This document shows positions 62,108-64,000 of a stretch of DNA of 64,000 nucleotides, one piece after another. This stretch comes from Treponema sp. (lineage in GTDB: Bacteria > Spirochaetota > Spirochaetia > Treponematales > Treponemataceae), in contig JAEEWW010000001.1 of the NCBI GenBank assembly GCA_016287815.1, forward strand, positions 5,842 to 69,841, written 5' to 3'. Each line of letters opens with the position of its first letter. Position 1 is the stretch's first letter. The position numbers and the translations under genes were made by a program. The notes beneath the pieces were generated by a model. It worked only from the letters and a program-made list of their open reading frames with translations, was not told the origin of the DNA and searched no databases.

Positions 62108-62236
62108 ATAAGGTATCGGGTACCAGGATACTAGGTACAGAATACCAGCCTCTTACGTTGCTTTTATTATCGGGTAAGAAGTGAAAAACTAAATAATTTC
62201 TTTTTATTTGCATTTTTTTGTGATAAAATTATATCT

Positions 62237-64000
62237 ATGAATAAAAAAAGTAGTGCCGGAAGACCGTATCCACTTGGAGCGACTGTTTGTGAGAACGGCA
62301 TAAACTTTGCGGTTTTTAGTGAAAAAGCGGAACATATAATACTTGAGCTTTATAAAAAGTCAGATGATTCAGAACCTTATCAAATATTCTATCTTGATCC
62401 AGAAATAAACAGAACGGGTTCGGTGTGGCATATATTTGTTGAAGGGCTTAAAGAGGATGCCCTTTATCTTTATCGGGCTGAAGGCGAATATGCGCCTGAA
62501 AAAGGCCTGCGCTTTGACGGCGATGCACATCTTTTTGACCCGTATGCAAAGGCCTTTACCGAAGGTTCTGTTTTTAATGCTTTTCGTTCTGCGAGAGAAA
62601 AAGGCATAAATGTGATTTCCGGTTCGCCAGAAATGCCTGTAATCTGCAACAAAGCAGATATGAGCCTTTTTCCTAAATGCGTTGCTGTAGATGAAAGTTT
62701 TGACTGGGAAGACGACAGACCGCTTCGCATTCCGCTTCGTAATTCGATTATGTATGAACTGCATGTGCGCGGATACACTGTAGATAAATCTTCAAAAGTA
62801 AAAAATCCCGGAACGTTTGCAGGCTTAATTGAAAAAATCCCTTATCTTAAATCTCTTGGTATTACAGCGGTGGAACTTCTGCCTGTTTTTGAATTTGATG
62901 AAAACGAAAACGACAGAAAAAATCCTGCCACAGGTGAGCAGCTGAAAAATTTCTGGGGCTACAGTACAATCGGATTTTTTGCACCAAAACAAGGCTATTC
63001 AAGTTCGGCGCAGTCACACAGTTCTAAAAGCACTGCAACACCCGGTGCTGTCGTAAAAGAATTTAAAACCATGGTAAAAGAAATGCATAAGGCCGGGATA
63101 GAAGTTATTCTGGACGTGGTTTTTAATCATACGGCAGAAGGCAATCATTATGGAAATACGTTTATGTTCCGTGGTTTTGCAAACGATGTTTACTATATTC
63201 TTTCTGAAAATGACCGGCGCTATTACAACGATTATACAGGCTGCGGAAATTCAGTTAACTGTAATCATCCGGTTGTTACACAGTTCATTTTAGACTGTCT
63301 GCATTACTGGGTTTTGCAGATGCATGTAGACGGTTTCAGGTTTGACCTTGCAAGTGAAATGTGCCGTTCAGAAAAAGGCGCTGTTCTTGAAAATCCTTTT
63401 TTAACGCGTGCAATTTCTGAAGATGCTGTTCTTCGTGATACTAAAATCATAGCCGAACCCTGGGATGCCGCAGGTTCTTATCATGTCGGCAAATTTCCTG
63501 GCGGACGCTGGTGTTCATGGAATGACAGATTCCGTGATGCAATGCGCCGTTTCTTCCGTGGTGAAGACAACGTTATAACGGAAATGGCAACTCGTCTTGC
63601 AGGAAGTTCTGATATCTATGCAGGCCAGGGGCCGGAGCGCTCTGTAAATTATGTCTGCGTGCATGACGGTTTTACGATGAATGATCTTGTAAGCTACACT
63701 TCAAAGCATAATGAAGCTAACGGCGAAGGAAACCGCGACGGAACAGAAAATAATTTAAGCTATGATAATGGTGTTGAAGGTGAAACAGACGATAAAAATG
63801 TAAATAAAACCCGTCTGCGTACTATAAAAAACATGCTGCTTTCTCTGCTGATTTCTCAGGGCGTTCCGCTTTTACTTGCAGGCGATGAGTTTTGCAGAAC
63901 CCAGCAGGGAAACAACAATGCATATTGTCAGGATAATAAAATTTCCTGGGTAGACTGGACTCTTGCAGAAAAAAATGCGGGTTTAATCCGTTTTGTACAG
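62237..64000 (+). CDS. glgX: Glycogen debranching enzyme (isoamylase), truncated by window end
   Basis: Not in the ORF track; PYPLGAT, YELHVRG, NFWGYST, DVVFNHTAEG, DGFRFDLAS, IAEPWD, SQGVPLLLAGDEF. Confidence 0.96.
   Translation, partial: MNKKSSAGRPYPLGATVCENGINFAVFSEKAEHIILELYKKSDDSEPYQIFYLDPEINRTGSVWHIFVEGLKEDALYLYRAEGEYAPEKGLRFDGDAHLFDPYAKAFTEGSVFNAFRSAREKGINVISGSPEMPVICNKADMSLFPKCVAVDESFDWEDDRPLRIPLRNSIMYELHVRGYTVDKSSKVKNPGTFAGLIEKIPYLKSLGITAVELLPVFEFDENENDRKNPATGEQLKNFWGYSTIGFFAPKQGYSSSAQSHSSKSTATPGAVVKEFKTMVKEMHKAGIEVILDVVFNHTAEGNHYGNTFMFRGFANDVYYILSENDRRYYNDYTGCGNSVNCNHPVVTQFILDCLHYWVLQMHVDGFRFDLASEMCRSEKGAVLENPFLTRAISEDAVLRDTKIIAEPWDAAGSYHVGKFPGGRWCSWNDRFRDAMRRFFRGEDNVITEMATRLAGSSDIYAGQGPERSVNYVCVHDGFTMNDLVSYTSKHNEANGEGNRDGTENNLSYDNGVEGETDDKNVNKTRLRTIKNMLLSLLISQGVPLLLAGDEFCRTQQGNNNAYCQDNKISWVDWTLAEKNAGLIRFVQ

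Noticed and set aside
1875-62778. The many 60-230 aa antisense and off-frame ORFs in the track (e.g. 13010-13609, 13628-14317, 28813-29343, 59252-59791)
   Set aside because: They lie wholly within well-supported genes, have no RBS or motifs, and are explained by codon bias
1-64000. CRISPR arrays, IS elements, prophage, rRNA, defence islands
   Set aside because: No regularly spaced repeats, transposase, integrase or phage ORFs, or rRNA signatures were seen

Overview
Core chromosomal region of a spirochete, most likely a Treponema (AT-rich; RpoB has the spirochete RRLNALG signature; tuf is linked to rpsJ). The left arm holds an asparaginase-like C-terminus, a membrane protein/TPR divergent pair, traB, radA, a NusG-II protein and cysE. 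From 8.2 to 36.3 kb runs the transcription/translation supercluster: tRNA-Thr, rpmG, tRNA-Trp, secE, nusG, rplKAJL, rpoBC, rpsLG, tuf, the S10 and spc operons, secY, rpmJ, rpsMK, rpoA, rplQ and a small Zn-finger ORF. The right arm has livKHMGF, a CBS-ACT protein, tkt, lgt, a MinD-like ATPase, ctpA, rsmE, a WecB/TagA glycosyltransferase, a sigma-54 activator, trmJ, an SDR, a STAS protein, two membrane proteins, a J-domain protein, murA, pepT, era and a partial glgX. I found no mobile elements, CRISPR arrays or rRNA. The unexplained signals are mostly non-coding: a ~470-nt multibranched RNA with its own promoter where fusA usually lies (between rpsG and tuf), a candidate ~90-nt antisense sRNA next to cysE, a structured rplJ-rplL spacer, a tandem DnaA-box cluster away from dnaA, and repeated leaderless promoter geometry. 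All RNA structures were found by eye and none was computed.
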